From: Candidatus Saccharimonadota bacterium
GTDB lineage: Bacteria > Patescibacteriota > Gracilibacteria > UBA4473
Assembly (NCBI GenBank): GCA_965228485.1
Contig: OZ245819.1
Span: 720,001-752,000, forward strand
Direction of reading: 5' to 3'
DNA length: 32,000 bases
The translations under genes and the position numbers were made by a program. Under the pieces are notes generated by a model. That model did no database searches, had not been told where the DNA came from, and saw only the letters and a program-made list of their open reading frames with translations. Below are positions 23,306-31,901 of the stretch, one piece after another. The first letter of the stretch is position 1. The number at the start of each line of letters is the position of its first letter.

Positions 23306-24379
23306 ATGAGTAAAGATCAAAAATCGGTTGCCGTAGAAAAAGTCGAACAGATTAAAGACCGAGCCTTAGAACTTGGGGCTTCTGATATATTTCTTTCCTC
23401 TGGTTCAAAACCCGCCTGTAGAGTGCATGGGAAAACGATTTTCTTTGAAGACGAAAGCATCGTTACAAGCACGCTCTTAGAGAGCTACCTCATGTCGCAG
23501 CTTGGGATCGAACAACAACAAAAACTTCGAGAAAAGACTGAGTTTGATTTTGCCATTCATACCAGTGACAACAAAAAACGTTTTCGGGTAAATACCTTCT
23601 GGCAGATGGGAGGACTCTCCATTGTTTTTCGATATATTCCAGAAAAAGTTCCATCATTTGAGGCACTCAATCTTCCAAATCAACTACGTCGAGTTGTTGA
23701 GTTTAAGAATGGGCTCATTCTCGTAACCGGGGCCATGGGATCAGGAAAATCAACCACTCTGGCTTCTCTTATTGATCTTATCAATCAAAATTATCATAAA
23801 CATATCGTAACAATTGAAGACCCTATCGAGTTTATTCACGACGATAATTTGTCACTAATTGAACAACGGGAACTTGAAATCCATACGACAAACTTTGATA
23901 AGGCGATTACCTCGTGTCTACGACAAGCCGCGGATGTAATACTTGTAGGGGAATTACGAGACTTGGTCACGATACAGGCAGCTATTACTGCTGCAGAAAC
24001 GGGAGCCTTGGTTTTTGGGACCCTCCACACCAATGGGGCAGACAATGCAGTAAATCGTTTGATCGATGTTTTCCCAGCCGAACAACAGAACCAAATTCGA
24101 ACACAACTCGCTGAAGTGCTTCGATGTGTTGTCTGGCAAACACTTCTTCCGTTAAAAAATGAAGATAAACGTGTGGCCGCCTTTGAAATACTCTTCCAAA
24201 CGTATGCTGTTTCAAATCTAATCCGAACGAATAAAACACATCAACTCGAATCGGTTATCGAAACTGGACAGGTTGATGGCATGATCTCCATGAAAAAAAC
24301 CATTGATTGGCTTCTTGAAAACGACCTTATTACTAAGGAGATTGCCCACAAAACACTCCCAAACCATTTTGATCTATAG
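23306..24379 (+). CDS. pilT: Type IV pilus retraction ATPase, PilT family
   Basis: LILVTGAMGSGKSTTLASLI (Walker A), IVTIEDPIEFIH, ILVGELRDLVTIQAAITAAETGALVFGTLHTNGA (Walker B, Asp and His boxes). Length is about 357 aa from the ATG at 23306. Confidence 0.85.
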   Translation: MSKDQKSVAVEKVEQIKDRALELGASDIFLSSGSKPACRVHGKTIFFEDESIVTSTLLESYLMSQLGIEQQQKLREKTEFDFAIHTSDNKKRFRVNTFWQMGGLSIVFRYIPEKVPSFEALNLPNQLRRVVEFKNGLILVTGAMGSGKSTTLASLIDLINQNYHKHIVTIEDPIEFIHDDNLSLIEQRELEIHTTNFDKAITSCLRQAADVILVGELRDLVTIQAAITAAETGALVFGTLHTNGADNAVNRLIDVFPAEQQNQIRTQLAEVLRCVVWQTLLPLKNEDKRVAAFEILFQTYAVSNLIRTNKTHQLESVIETGQVDGMISMKKTIDWLLENDLITKEIAHKTLPNHFDL

Positions 24380-25723
24380 AGAACTTTGCGTGACGCCAAG
24401 AATAATTTTTAGATCGATAATTTCATTATCTGGAACGGTCCCTTCTGGAAGTGATTGCCTTGAGAATCCAAGAAATTCTTCGATAAAATCCTGAGTTTTA
24501 GTCGTACTATTTGGCGAGCTCACTTGGTAAAACGATCTAAACACCGGCTCATCACTCTCGTAGTTTCCTGTTTCAATAACGTGGAAGCCGAACCTCCTCA
24601 GTCGACTCGCCATTTCTCCAGCCAGCCCCGTAATTCGTGAACCATTAAGGACTGAAATTTGTGCTTTTTCCAATAAGATTTCTGGCTGAATAAGCGTTAG
24701 CTGGATGAACTTTTGTGTATCTCGAAGATTGTTTGGAAGTAACACAAATTGACCACCATAGAATTCACGAGCTGGGGCATAAAGAAATCCCCCTCGCTGA
24801 TTTGGATCATCATTCAGAACTGCGCTTACGAGATTTGAGTAATCAATTCCACTCATAATTTTGGCCAACACTACCATTTCCTTGAAAGAAATATCGGTAT
24901 TCACATTCTTTTTATAAATATCATAAATACTCTTTAGTTTTTCAGAATCAAAAAGAATATTTTGCTCTTGAGCCTGCTGCTTAATAGCGAATAGTACATC
25001 TTGTTGTCTTTGTGCTCGACTATAATCGGAAGAAGTTTTTCGACTTCTAGCATATTTTAGAGCCGTGTCCCCATCCATGTTTTGGATGCCCTTTCTAATA
25101 ATAAAAGTCTGATATCCATAGTTATCATCAGGATAGTAAGGGTCAACAATATCTTCTGGAACGAAAATTCTAATTCCTCCTAATTCGTCTACAATATCTT
25201 GGAATACTTGGAAATTAACCACCGCCGAATAGTGGACTTCTACGTTTGTAAAACGACTAATGGCTCTTTCTATAATTTGTAGCCCTCGTTCATCTCCATG
25301 TTTATACCGAGCTGCCGCATAAATTTCATTTACCTTTCGAGAACCAATTTCTGAATCAATATATAAATCACGTGGTAGGCTTAACATTGAGACCGAAGGC
25401 TTTGCAGAATTAATAGAAACCAACATCATGGAATCTGTAAGATTTCCACCTTCTTCAGCTTCTCCTGCTACTCCTAAAAAAAGAATATTGGTATGACCAA
25501 ACTGATCTTCTTCTACCAATGAAATTTTTGGTAAAATTCTTGCAGGACCACCATTCCCAACAGACTTTAAGAAAGCTGCTCCTATAAGCAAAACTCCTGC
25601 CAATAAACAGACAGCCAATAATCCGAGTCCCTGTCGTGGTCCAAAATACTGACTAATCCAAGTGATAATCTTGAATTTTGACTTCTTTTTTCTAATTTTT
25701 TTTACCTTGAAGGTCATCAGCAA
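24374..25723 (-). CDS. LytR-CpsA-Psr (LCP) family cell-envelope phosphotransferase with a LytR_C-like C-terminal domain
   Basis: N-terminal TM anchor, NILFLGVAGE....TDSMMLVSIN....VSMLSLPRDLYI (LCP core), and C-terminal ISVLNGSRITGLAGEMASRLRRFGFHV. Confidence 0.85.
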   Translation of the reverse strand: MLMTFKVKKIRKKKSKFKIITWISQYFGPRQGLGLLAVCLLAGVLLIGAAFLKSVGNGGPARILPKISLVEEDQFGHTNILFLGVAGEAEEGGNLTDSMMLVSINSAKPSVSMLSLPRDLYIDSEIGSRKVNEIYAAARYKHGDERGLQIIERAISRFTNVEVHYSAVVNFQVFQDIVDELGGIRIFVPEDIVDPYYPDDNYGYQTFIIRKGIQNMDGDTALKYARSRKTSSDYSRAQRQQDVLFAIKQQAQEQNILFDSEKLKSIYDIYKKNVNTDISFKEMVVLAKIMSGIDYSNLVSAVLNDDPNQRGGFLYAPAREFYGGQFVLLPNNLRDTQKFIQLTLIQPEILLEKAQISVLNGSRITGLAGEMASRLRRFGFHVIETGNYESDEPVFRSFYQVSSPNSTTKTQDFIEEFLGFSRQSLPEGTVPDNEIIDLKIILGVTQSSL

Positions 25724-25764
25724 AATGGTACGAATTCGTATTCAGAGGTCAAAAAGATTAGTGG

Positions 25765-26901
25765 CTATTTAAGCGTAATAATCTTCTCCCATGGACAGTC
25801 AATATCTGTACGACCGAAATGCCCATAAGCCGCTGTTTTAGCATAAATTGGATGTTTCAAGTCAAGATAATCAATAAGCTCCTTTGGCCGCAGTGGGAAA
25901 TTCACTCTCACAATCGCTTCCAACTCTTCTGGAGTTTTTTCGCTCGTTCCAAAAGTTTCCACTAATACCGAAACTGGCTCTGCCACTCCGATAGCATAAG
26001 AAAGCTGTATCTCGCATTTCTCGGCTAAGTCATTAGCCACAATATTTTTAGCAATATGACGAGCCATATAAGCGGCACTTCGATCAACCTTTGAAGGGTC
26101 TTTCCCGCTAAAAGCGCCTCCTCCATGCCTTCCCATCCCTCCGTAGGTATCCACAATAATTTTTCTTCCTGTTAGCCCACAGTCTCCTTGAGGCCCCCCA
26201 ATTACGAACTTTCCTGTTGGATTAATATGAAACTTAGTTTCATTACCCATCCATTCCCCCAAGACAGGAGCAATAACCTGAACCTTAATATCTTCATGGA
26301 TTTGAGATTGTTCGATTTCTGGAGCGTGTTGAGTGGATAAAACCACTGTATCAACCGCTACCGGCTTTCCATTCTCGTATAGTACTGAAACTTGAGCCTT
26401 ACCATCTGGACGGAGGTAGTCGAGTGTGCCATTTTTACGAACTTCAGTTAATCTTTTGGTTAATTTATGTGCCAGAGCTACAGGCAGGGGCATTAACTCT
26501 GGGGTTTCTTTTACCGCGAAACCAAACATCATTCCCTGATCCCCCGCTCCTTGATCATGATTATCAAATTCATCCACTCCTTGAGCAATGTCTGGAGACT
26601 GCTCATCAATGGCGGTTAAAACCGCACAAGATCGGCCATCAAAACACATATCTCCGTGATTGTATCCAATCTCAATAATTCGTTCTCGAGCGATTTTTTG
26701 AATATCAATATAATCGGCACGAGAAGATATTTCTCCCGAAACCACCACTAATCCTGTATTGACCAGTACCTCACAGGCCACACGGGAATTTGGGTCTTCT
26801 TTTAGAAAGGCATCCAAGACACTGTCTGAAATTTGATCCGCGATCTTATCTGGATGGCCCTCCGTAACGGATTCTGATGTAAAAATTGTTTTCATAAGCA
26901 T
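25765..26901 (-). CDS. metK: S-adenosylmethionine synthetase
   Basis: [59 protein letters not shown]. Confidence 0.95.
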   Translation of the reverse strand: MLMKTIFTSESVTEGHPDKIADQISDSVLDAFLKEDPNSRVACEVLVNTGLVVVSGEISSRADYIDIQKIARERIIEIGYNHGDMCFDGRSCAVLTAIDEQSPDIAQGVDEFDNHDQGAGDQGMMFGFAVKETPELMPLPVALAHKLTKRLTEVRKNGTLDYLRPDGKAQVSVLYENGKPVAVDTVVLSTQHAPEIEQSQIHEDIKVQVIAPVLGEWMGNETKFHINPTGKFVIGGPQGDCGLTGRKIIVDTYGGMGRHGGGAFSGKDPSKVDRSAAYMARHIAKNIVANDLAEKCEIQLSYAIGVAEPVSVLVETFGTSEKTPEELEAIVRVNFPLRPKELIDYLDLKHPIYAKTAAYGHFGRTDIDCPWEKIITLK

Positions 26902-27033
26902 AAAAATAAGGAAATAAGTTGTACTCCCTTTTTACCATTTTCATCCCGTTTGGGTGGAGCACCTTTCCTCTTTGAATTGAGTCGGTTGCTGATGGGTCAT
27001 AGAGCCAAACCTCTTACCATCTCTTGATAAAAA
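26902..27033 (-). promoter_or_regulatory. SAM-I (S-box) riboswitch in the metK leader
   Basis: The minus strand reads UUAUCAAGAG-AUGGUAAGAGGUUUGGCUCUAUGACC-CAUC-AGCAACC...GGUGCU-CCACCCAAACGGG-AUGAAAA. P1 is UUUUUAUC/GAUGAAAA. P2 has a k-turn-like AUGA. P3 is AGCAACC/GGUGCU, which covaries relative to the consensus GGCAACC/GGUGCC. A CCA is available for the pseudoknot with the P2 loop UGG. P4 is very short (CCC/GGG). A downstream hairpin AAGGGA/UUCCUU (26908-26930) plus a U-run abuts the AUG. Confidence 0.75.
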
Positions 27034-27071
27034 CGAAGCTTAAAAAGCCTAAACAAAAAAATAAAAATATC

Positions 27072-27095
27072 AAAAAAAGTCTGAAAAATCAGACT
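27072..27095 (-). terminator. Rho-independent terminator (minus strand) separating the small ORF from the metK leader
   Basis: AGTCTGA (27078-27084) pairs with TCAGACT (27089-27095) around an AAAA loop. On the minus strand it is followed by T7 (27072-27078). Confidence 0.65.
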
Positions 27096-27124
27096 TTCTT
27101 TGATGTAAAAAGTATTATTACGTA

Positions 27125-27295
27125 CTAGAAGGTTGGATGATCTAGAATATCATGGCACTTCGTGCCTCTCCCATCACCAGCTTCTGGATCTGTAATTCTA
27201 TCATCAAGAAGACATTCTCGACCATTATCGAGGTAACCATCTCCGTTTGGAAGACGAACAAACTTGACCTTCTCTCCATCTTTTGTGTCACTCAT
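27125..27295 (-). CDS. Small hypothetical protein (56 aa from MSDTKDGEK)
   Basis: ORF with its own downstream terminator. Acidic and Gly-rich, with two Cys. No family recognised. Confidence 0.35.
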   Translation of the reverse strand: MSDTKDGEKVKFVRLPNGDGYLDNGRECLLDDRITDPEAGDGRGTKCHDILDHPTF

Positions 27296-27426
27296 TTTAA
27301 AGGGATTAATAAATATAGTAACGGAACATACTAACAAAAAAATCTACTCTACAAAAGAGTTTGTATTCGCAAAAAATTAATCTTGAAACCCTATTAATTA
27401 ATAAAAACTTTCTTATTATAAATCCA

Positions 27427-27972
27427 ATGATTCTCTCTCCTATAAGCTGGCGAACACTTCCCTCCGAACTCCCCGTAACGACAAGTTTGTGCATTACTAT
27501 GATTGGGCTTTGGATCTTGTTTTTTGTAGGTATTATTGAGCCATTTATTGCCATCCCCAAAACACTTAATACGGATCTATGGACCGCCCACCTCTTTCAT
27601 GCCACACCATTGCATTTAATATCAAACCTACTCATTGCACTCTTAACTGGCATACTTTTAGAAAGAGATTTAGGGACATTTAAATACGGACTCCTCATGG
27701 TTCTTATTTTAAACCTCACGGTTCTATTTCTTTTTTACTATAATCCACACCCCGTATTTGGTTTTTCAGCTATTGCTATGGGACTCATGGTCTTTGCCGC
27801 GGGCTATCATTGGGACAATTCTTATAACAGACAACTACTCGTAGTATTGGTATTTATCAATATCATGTTTGGACTCTTTCCTGGTGTATCCTGGCATGGC
27901 CACTTATTCGGTGGTATCGCTGGAATTGTCGCTTTTGGAGCTTTTTATTTAAGTGGATTGATAAAACATTGA
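27427..27972 (+). CDS. Rhomboid-family intramembrane serine protease
   Basis: LFHATPLHLISNLLIALLTGILLE (TM2 H..N), VFGFSAIAMGL (TM4 Ser) and SWHGHLFGGIAGIV (TM6 His). Start placed at the ATG at 27427. Confidence 0.75.
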   Translation: MILSPISWRTLPSELPVTTSLCITMIGLWILFFVGIIEPFIAIPKTLNTDLWTAHLFHATPLHLISNLLIALLTGILLERDLGTFKYGLLMVLILNLTVLFLFYYNPHPVFGFSAIAMGLMVFAAGYHWDNSYNRQLLVVLVFINIMFGLFPGVSWHGHLFGGIAGIVAFGAFYLSGLIKH

Positions 27973-28012
27973 TTTTTTTTTATCTAAAACTACCATCTTT
28001 TCCGTTAAACAA

Positions 28013-28086
28013 AGGCGCTTAGTTAAGTGGTATAACATCGGTCTCCAAAACCGAGGTCGAGGGTTCGATTCCTTCAGCGCCTGCCA
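28013..28086 (+). tRNA. tRNA-Trp (anticodon CCA), CCA end encoded
   Basis: Acceptor AGGCGCT/AGCGCCT, anticodon loop CTCCAAA, T-arm GAGGG-TTCGATT-CCTTC, discriminator G, then CCA. Confidence 0.9.
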
Positions 28087-28095
28087 TTTAAAAAT

Positions 28096-28123
28096 CAGTC
28101 AGCCCTTAGGCTGTCTGGGTTTT
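28096..28123 (+). terminator. Terminator-like hairpin after tRNA-Trp
   Basis: CAGTCAGCC (28096-28104) pairs with GGCTGTCTG (28109-28117) with one mismatch, followed by GGTTTT. Confidence 0.5.
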
Positions 28124-28267
28124 AAAATAGTTAGTGTTTGAGGACCCGCATATGTGCTGGGTTCGATACGAGGAGCAAACACAAAAATAAGCGCCATAGG
28201 CATTTGTTTTTTGTGCGACGACGTCACGAAGTCCTGAAATAAATTCAGGATAAATCTAGGACGGAGT

Positions 28268-28286
28268 ATTCCTTCAGCGCCTGCCA
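28268..28286 (+). repeat. Perfect 19-nt direct copy of the tRNA-Trp 3' end (att-like)
   Basis: ATTCCTTCAGCGCCTGCCA at 28268-28286 is identical to 28068-28086 (T-arm 3' strand, acceptor 3' strand and CCA), exactly 200 bp downstream. Confidence 0.9.
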
Positions 28287-28379
28287 AATTGCATTTTGAA
28301 CTTTTAAGTCCCCTTTAAGCCGTACTACAGGCGATAATTGGGCGGTTCGAATTTTGAGTTGTTCGAGTGTTGGGGTCTC

Positions 28380-28613
28380 TTAAAAAATGAGCTCCCAAAA
28401 GTGTGCTATTTCTCTGCTGCTGGTAGTACTGAAGACCAATTCGTCCAGGTGTTCGACAAAATACAGGGTTTTTTCAGTAACCCTTATAATATCGTCTTCT
28501 GTTAACCTTTTTTCATCTCTTTGAGACTCTCTAATTTTTATCTTTCTATTAACTTCTTTGTACCCTGTTTGAAAGCCTTTAAAAAGCTCAGGGTCTTTAG
28601 TGGATAGCTTCAT
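28380..28613 (-). CDS. Hypothetical soluble protein (77 aa)
   Basis: ATGA start/stop overlap with the upstream 157-aa membrane-protein gene. No family recognised. Confidence 0.4.
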   Translation of the reverse strand: MKLSTKDPELFKGFQTGYKEVNRKIKIRESQRDEKRLTEDDIIRVTEKTLYFVEHLDELVFSTTSSREIAHFWELIF

Positions 28614-29053
28614 AGACTGTACAAGGTTTTTTGACCCTTCTGTTTTGCCACTCTATACACCACTATAAAAGCCCAAATCTCCAAAACAACGATTGCAAAA
28701 TGCATTCCAAAATCAACTTCTGCTGAGGCAGCGTTGGCATAAGGAAACAACGGGTCAATAAACGCTTGCTGTGTATCTTTAAATATGCTTAGCAGCAGTA
28801 CCACTAAATACTGCTGCGGGTTTTGTGTGTAGAGAACAAAAATAAACGCCGCTGCCATAGCCATTAGTCTTCCGGCGGTGGTGTAGATAATATTAAGATT
28901 TGGTGCCCCGTCAGTGGTTATTCCGGCATCAACAAGAAATTGAGGATCAAGGTAGAACGCGTATCCTTGTACCACCATAAACACTATCAGCACCACCAAC
29001 AAGACATTGACCCAGGCGGGAATTAAAGAATTTTTAAATAGATTTAATTTCAT
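28610..29053 (-). CDS. Membrane protein (~147 aa, 4 TM helices)
   Basis: Four hydrophobic helices. The start is probably MKLNLFKNS at 29053 (track start 29083). No family recognised. Confidence 0.5.
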   Translation of the reverse strand: MKLNLFKNSLIPAWVNVLLVVLIVFMVVQGYAFYLDPQFLVDAGITTDGAPNLNIIYTTAGRLMAMAAAFIFVLYTQNPQQYLVVLLLSIFKDTQQAFIDPLFPYANAASAEVDFGMHFAIVVLEIWAFIVVYRVAKQKGQKTLYSL

Positions 29054-29711
29054 GATGTATTGTTTTGTCATACATAAACCCAAATATTAACGCCCCTAAA
29101 TTTGCCACAGGCATGCTGAGAAACGCGAATAAGAATAACGGTTGTGATATTTCAGCATAAAAACTAAACACAAACAAAATAGGGAAAAATAAAACCCAGC
29201 TAAAAATATGTAATCCATAGAAAAAATTAAAAGCAGACAAGATCATTTTTTTACCGGTTTCGCTTCGTTCTTTTTTGGTTTTTTTCATGATAGACAGGAG
29301 TCCCACAATTATTATTGGAAGGCTTATGGCTACCGGCGTGCCTCTACCGGCCCCAAATAAAAATATCCCGATACTCAACAAAGCAAAAAGTAACAAGCTG
29401 GTTCCTAATTTGGATCTTCTCATCAAAGTCGCGGCGAAAGCAATTAAAGCAATAGAAACTGAAATAGCCAAAAGACCGAGCACATAATGAGGAATATTTG
29501 TCAGCACCGAAAAAACAGGGCTTCCCTTCGTCATGCTATAAAATCCAGGATTAGGCCAGTTTTCTGGTAGTGCCTCTACTGAGTGACTCTCTATCAAAGC
29601 CGGACCCTTCAGTAATTCAGCGCTCCCATGAAGAATTCCCACGATTCCCACTATGATAGCGAAGGTGACAAGACATAGCCGGATTTTACTTTTTGGTAGA
29701 TGTTTGTTCAT
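29034..29711 (-). CDS. Membrane protein (~225 aa, about 6 TM helices)
   Basis: Polytopic hydrophobic ORF divergent from the HxlR regulator gene. The start is probably MNKHLPKSK at 29711 (track start 29753). Confidence 0.5.
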   Translation of the reverse strand: MNKHLPKSKIRLCLVTFAIIVGIVGILHGSAELLKGPALIESHSVEALPENWPNPGFYSMTKGSPVFSVLTNIPHYVLGLLAISVSIALIAFAATLMRRSKLGTSLLLFALLSIGIFLFGAGRGTPVAISLPIIIVGLLSIMKKTKKERSETGKKMILSAFNFFYGLHIFSWVLFFPILFVFSFYAEISQPLFLFAFLSMPVANLGALIFGFMYDKTIHHEIKSI

Positions 29712-29807
29712 GATTTTCTTCGGAAAAAATAGATTTGACGAAATTATATTCAAAAGCTAACTTATAGTCAACTACCTACTTTTTTGTAAGTATAATTTTA
29801 TTTCCAA

Positions 29808-30116
29808 ATGAAATCATTTGATGTTAGTGACTGCCCGATTCGTAGAGCTTTTAAAGTTTTAGGGAGTAAGTGGACATTTATCATTCTTCTTCAGCTAGAA
29901 CAAACGAGGCGTTACGGTGAAATCAAAAAGCGTATCCCCGATATTTCCGAAAAAATATTGATAGAAAAGCTACGCTTATTGCAAAAATATGAGCTGATTA
30001 CGCGAAAAGATTACCAGCAGATTCCTCCAAGGGTGGAATATGCTTTAACAGCCCTAGGAAATACGGCTCTTGAGCTGAAACCAGCTCTGTTGAAGCTGGG
30101 CACCCAGATGAAATAG
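29808..30116 (+). CDS. HxlR-family winged-helix transcriptional regulator
   Basis: CPIRRAFKVLGSKWTFIILLQL....RYGEIKKRIPDISEKILIEKLRLLQKYELITRKDYQQIPPRVEYALTALG is the canonical HxlR pattern. Confidence 0.85.
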   Translation: MKSFDVSDCPIRRAFKVLGSKWTFIILLQLEQTRRYGEIKKRIPDISEKILIEKLRLLQKYELITRKDYQQIPPRVEYALTALGNTALELKPALLKLGTQMK

Positions 30117-30222
30117 CGCGTATTAATTTAAAAACCAATACTCAACTGATTAGCTTACAATATTTTTAAGCAAATTTTAAATTAAGAAATAAAGTTCGAA
30201 TCTCATACAGTTTGGCCTGCCA

Positions 30223-30771
30223 CTAAGCCTTTAAGGCATCCCAAATCACCTTCAACTCATCTGCTGAAGGTTTTTTTTGAGGCTCTTCAGAAAATTTCTG
30301 TATGAAAGCCATTAAAATTCCCCACCAAATATTCATAAGTAGGCACGTATCCATATCTTTAAGTTCCCCTGTTTTTTGCCAAGCCTTAATAGTCTCCATC
30401 GATCCCGCCACTTCTTTTTTATAGATCTCTTTCGCTTCCTTTGAAACTATTGGTCCACGCTCTAGAAGTTGAAAATATTTAAAATCCTCAAAATTCTCTA
30501 TGTAATAGCTAATAATCGCCTCTGAAAGCTTTAGAATATTTTCTTTTACTGAGGCATTCTCATCTAGAAATGTAGCAACATACCGAAAAGATTTTTGTTT
30601 CTTCTCTAAATAAATCGCATCAATCAAATCTTGCTTCCTCTTGAAATGAACAAACAAAGTGCCTGAGGCAATGCCCGCCTCTTTACAAATTTGAGCCGTA
30701 GAAGTTTTATCAACTCCTTGTGTCACAAAAAGTTTTTGAGCTACCTTAAGAATTTTTTCCTTAGTGTTCAT
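30223..30771 (-). CDS. TetR/AcrR-family transcriptional regulator
   Basis: The N-terminal HTH, KEKILKVAQKLFVTQGVDKTSTAQICKEAGIASGTLFVHFKRKQDLI, fits the family. Confidence 0.85.
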   Translation of the reverse strand: MNTKEKILKVAQKLFVTQGVDKTSTAQICKEAGIASGTLFVHFKRKQDLIDAIYLEKKQKSFRYVATFLDENASVKENILKLSEAIISYYIENFEDFKYFQLLERGPIVSKEAKEIYKKEVAGSMETIKAWQKTGELKDMDTCLLMNIWWGILMAFIQKFSEEPQKKPSADELKVIWDALKA

Positions 30772-30843
30772 AAAGTATATTTTCTCCTTTATATCTATTT
30801 ATCAAACCAGTTCAAAACCAGACTTGTGGTTTTATAAAATTGA

Positions 30844-31623
30844 TTACTTAATCTCTTGCATTTGACGCACCATACGCAACACTCGCTTTTTCGACATGAA
30901 TGTCATCAGCTTCATTAAAACTTTCTGCCCAAAGGTTAGTCCCGAAACAACATCCAATTCCCCCTTCAGCATACCATTGTAGCCATCTTCCGCCACCGAA
31001 CGAGCAGAAGCTGCTTTCTGGAATAAATCCGTTTTGTCCATTCCAGAGTTTTTTGCAAACCCTGTAGCGGTTGCTCCAGGCATCAGATTTGTAACGGTTA
31101 TATTCGTATCATAAAGCTCTTCAGCAAGGGCATTAGAAAAGAACTGAAAATAAGATTTCGTAGCAAAATACACCGCTTGCAATGGCCCTGGCATATAACT
31201 GGCAGTAGAGGAAACATTCAGTATTTTTCCTGAATTCTTTTTTATAAAATCTGGCAAAAACAATCGGCAAAGATGTGATGGCGCAATCATATTTACCTGC
31301 ATCATCGATCGATCTTTTTCCCATTCACGCTCATAAAATTTTCCATGCCCCCCGAATCCAGCATTATTAATGAGGTAATCAACATGAATTTTTTCCTTCT
31401 TTAACTCATCATAGATTTCAATAGGAGCCTGTTCATCATTAAGATCTTTTACTATAACTTTGACTTCTATTCCGTGCGATCGTTCCAGGTCTTGTTTCAA
31501 ATCCTGAAGTTCAGCTTCTCTTCGTGCAACAATTACCAAATCCCCTCCACGCTCTGCGTGAATAGCTGCGAACTCTTTACCGATCCCCGAACTTGCTCCT
31601 GTAATAAGCGCTACATTTTTCAT
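30844..31623 (-). CDS. Short-chain dehydrogenase/reductase (SDR) family oxidoreductase
   Basis: ALITGASSGIGKEFA (TGxxxGxG), NNAGFG, and S...YFATK (the catalytic Ser and YxxxK). Confidence 0.9.
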   Translation of the reverse strand: MKNVALITGASSGIGKEFAAIHAERGGDLVIVARREAELQDLKQDLERSHGIEVKVIVKDLNDEQAPIEIYDELKKEKIHVDYLINNAGFGGHGKFYEREWEKDRSMMQVNMIAPSHLCRLFLPDFIKKNSGKILNVSSTASYMPGPLQAVYFATKSYFQFFSNALAEELYDTNITVTNLMPGATATGFAKNSGMDKTDLFQKAASARSVAEDGYNGMLKGELDVVSGLTFGQKVLMKLMTFMSKKRVLRMVRQMQEIK

Positions 31624-31645
31624 GATTAAGTTTTTTAAAAATTAG

Positions 31646-31828
31646 TTATTTTTTTGTCTTTTTAGTCATACAACATTTGCCAAAAACCTGATGTACAAGA
31701 TATAGCATGAGCAAAAACAAATTCACTAAAACTAAACTCCAAGTAAGAAAGAACATTGTTAAAACTATTTTTCCAAAACAAGTGGACATCATCCACATTA
31801 CCTCCGAACTGATTACTGGATCTACCAT
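31646..31828 (-). CDS. Possible small membrane protein (up to 60 aa)
   Basis: Hydrophobic ORF 23 nt upstream of the SDR gene on the same strand. The start is uncertain. Confidence 0.3.
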   Translation of the reverse strand: MVDPVISSEVMWMMSTCFGKIVLTMFFLTWSLVLVNLFLLMLYLVHQVFGKCCMTKKTKK

Positions 31829-31901
31829 TATTTTAACAAACTAAAAAAACTGAGCACTCACTCATTTTATGACAACAAAAAACAAAAGTCAAACGGACTT
31901 T

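Noticed and set aside
25733-25744. A perfect 12-nt palindrome, TACGAATTCGTA, between metK and the LCP gene.
   Set aside because: It has no loop, so it cannot form a stable hairpin terminator. It is a single occurrence with no second half-site context, so there is insufficient evidence for an operator.
28134-28183. A possible pseudo-tRNA or tRNA-like minihelix: a 7-bp acceptor-like stem GTGTTTG/CAAACAC enclosing GGGTTCGATACGAGG.
   Set aside because: No D-arm, anticodon arm or proper T-stem complement (CCCAG would be needed) can be drawn. It is treated as debris or structure within the att-like interval, not as a gene.
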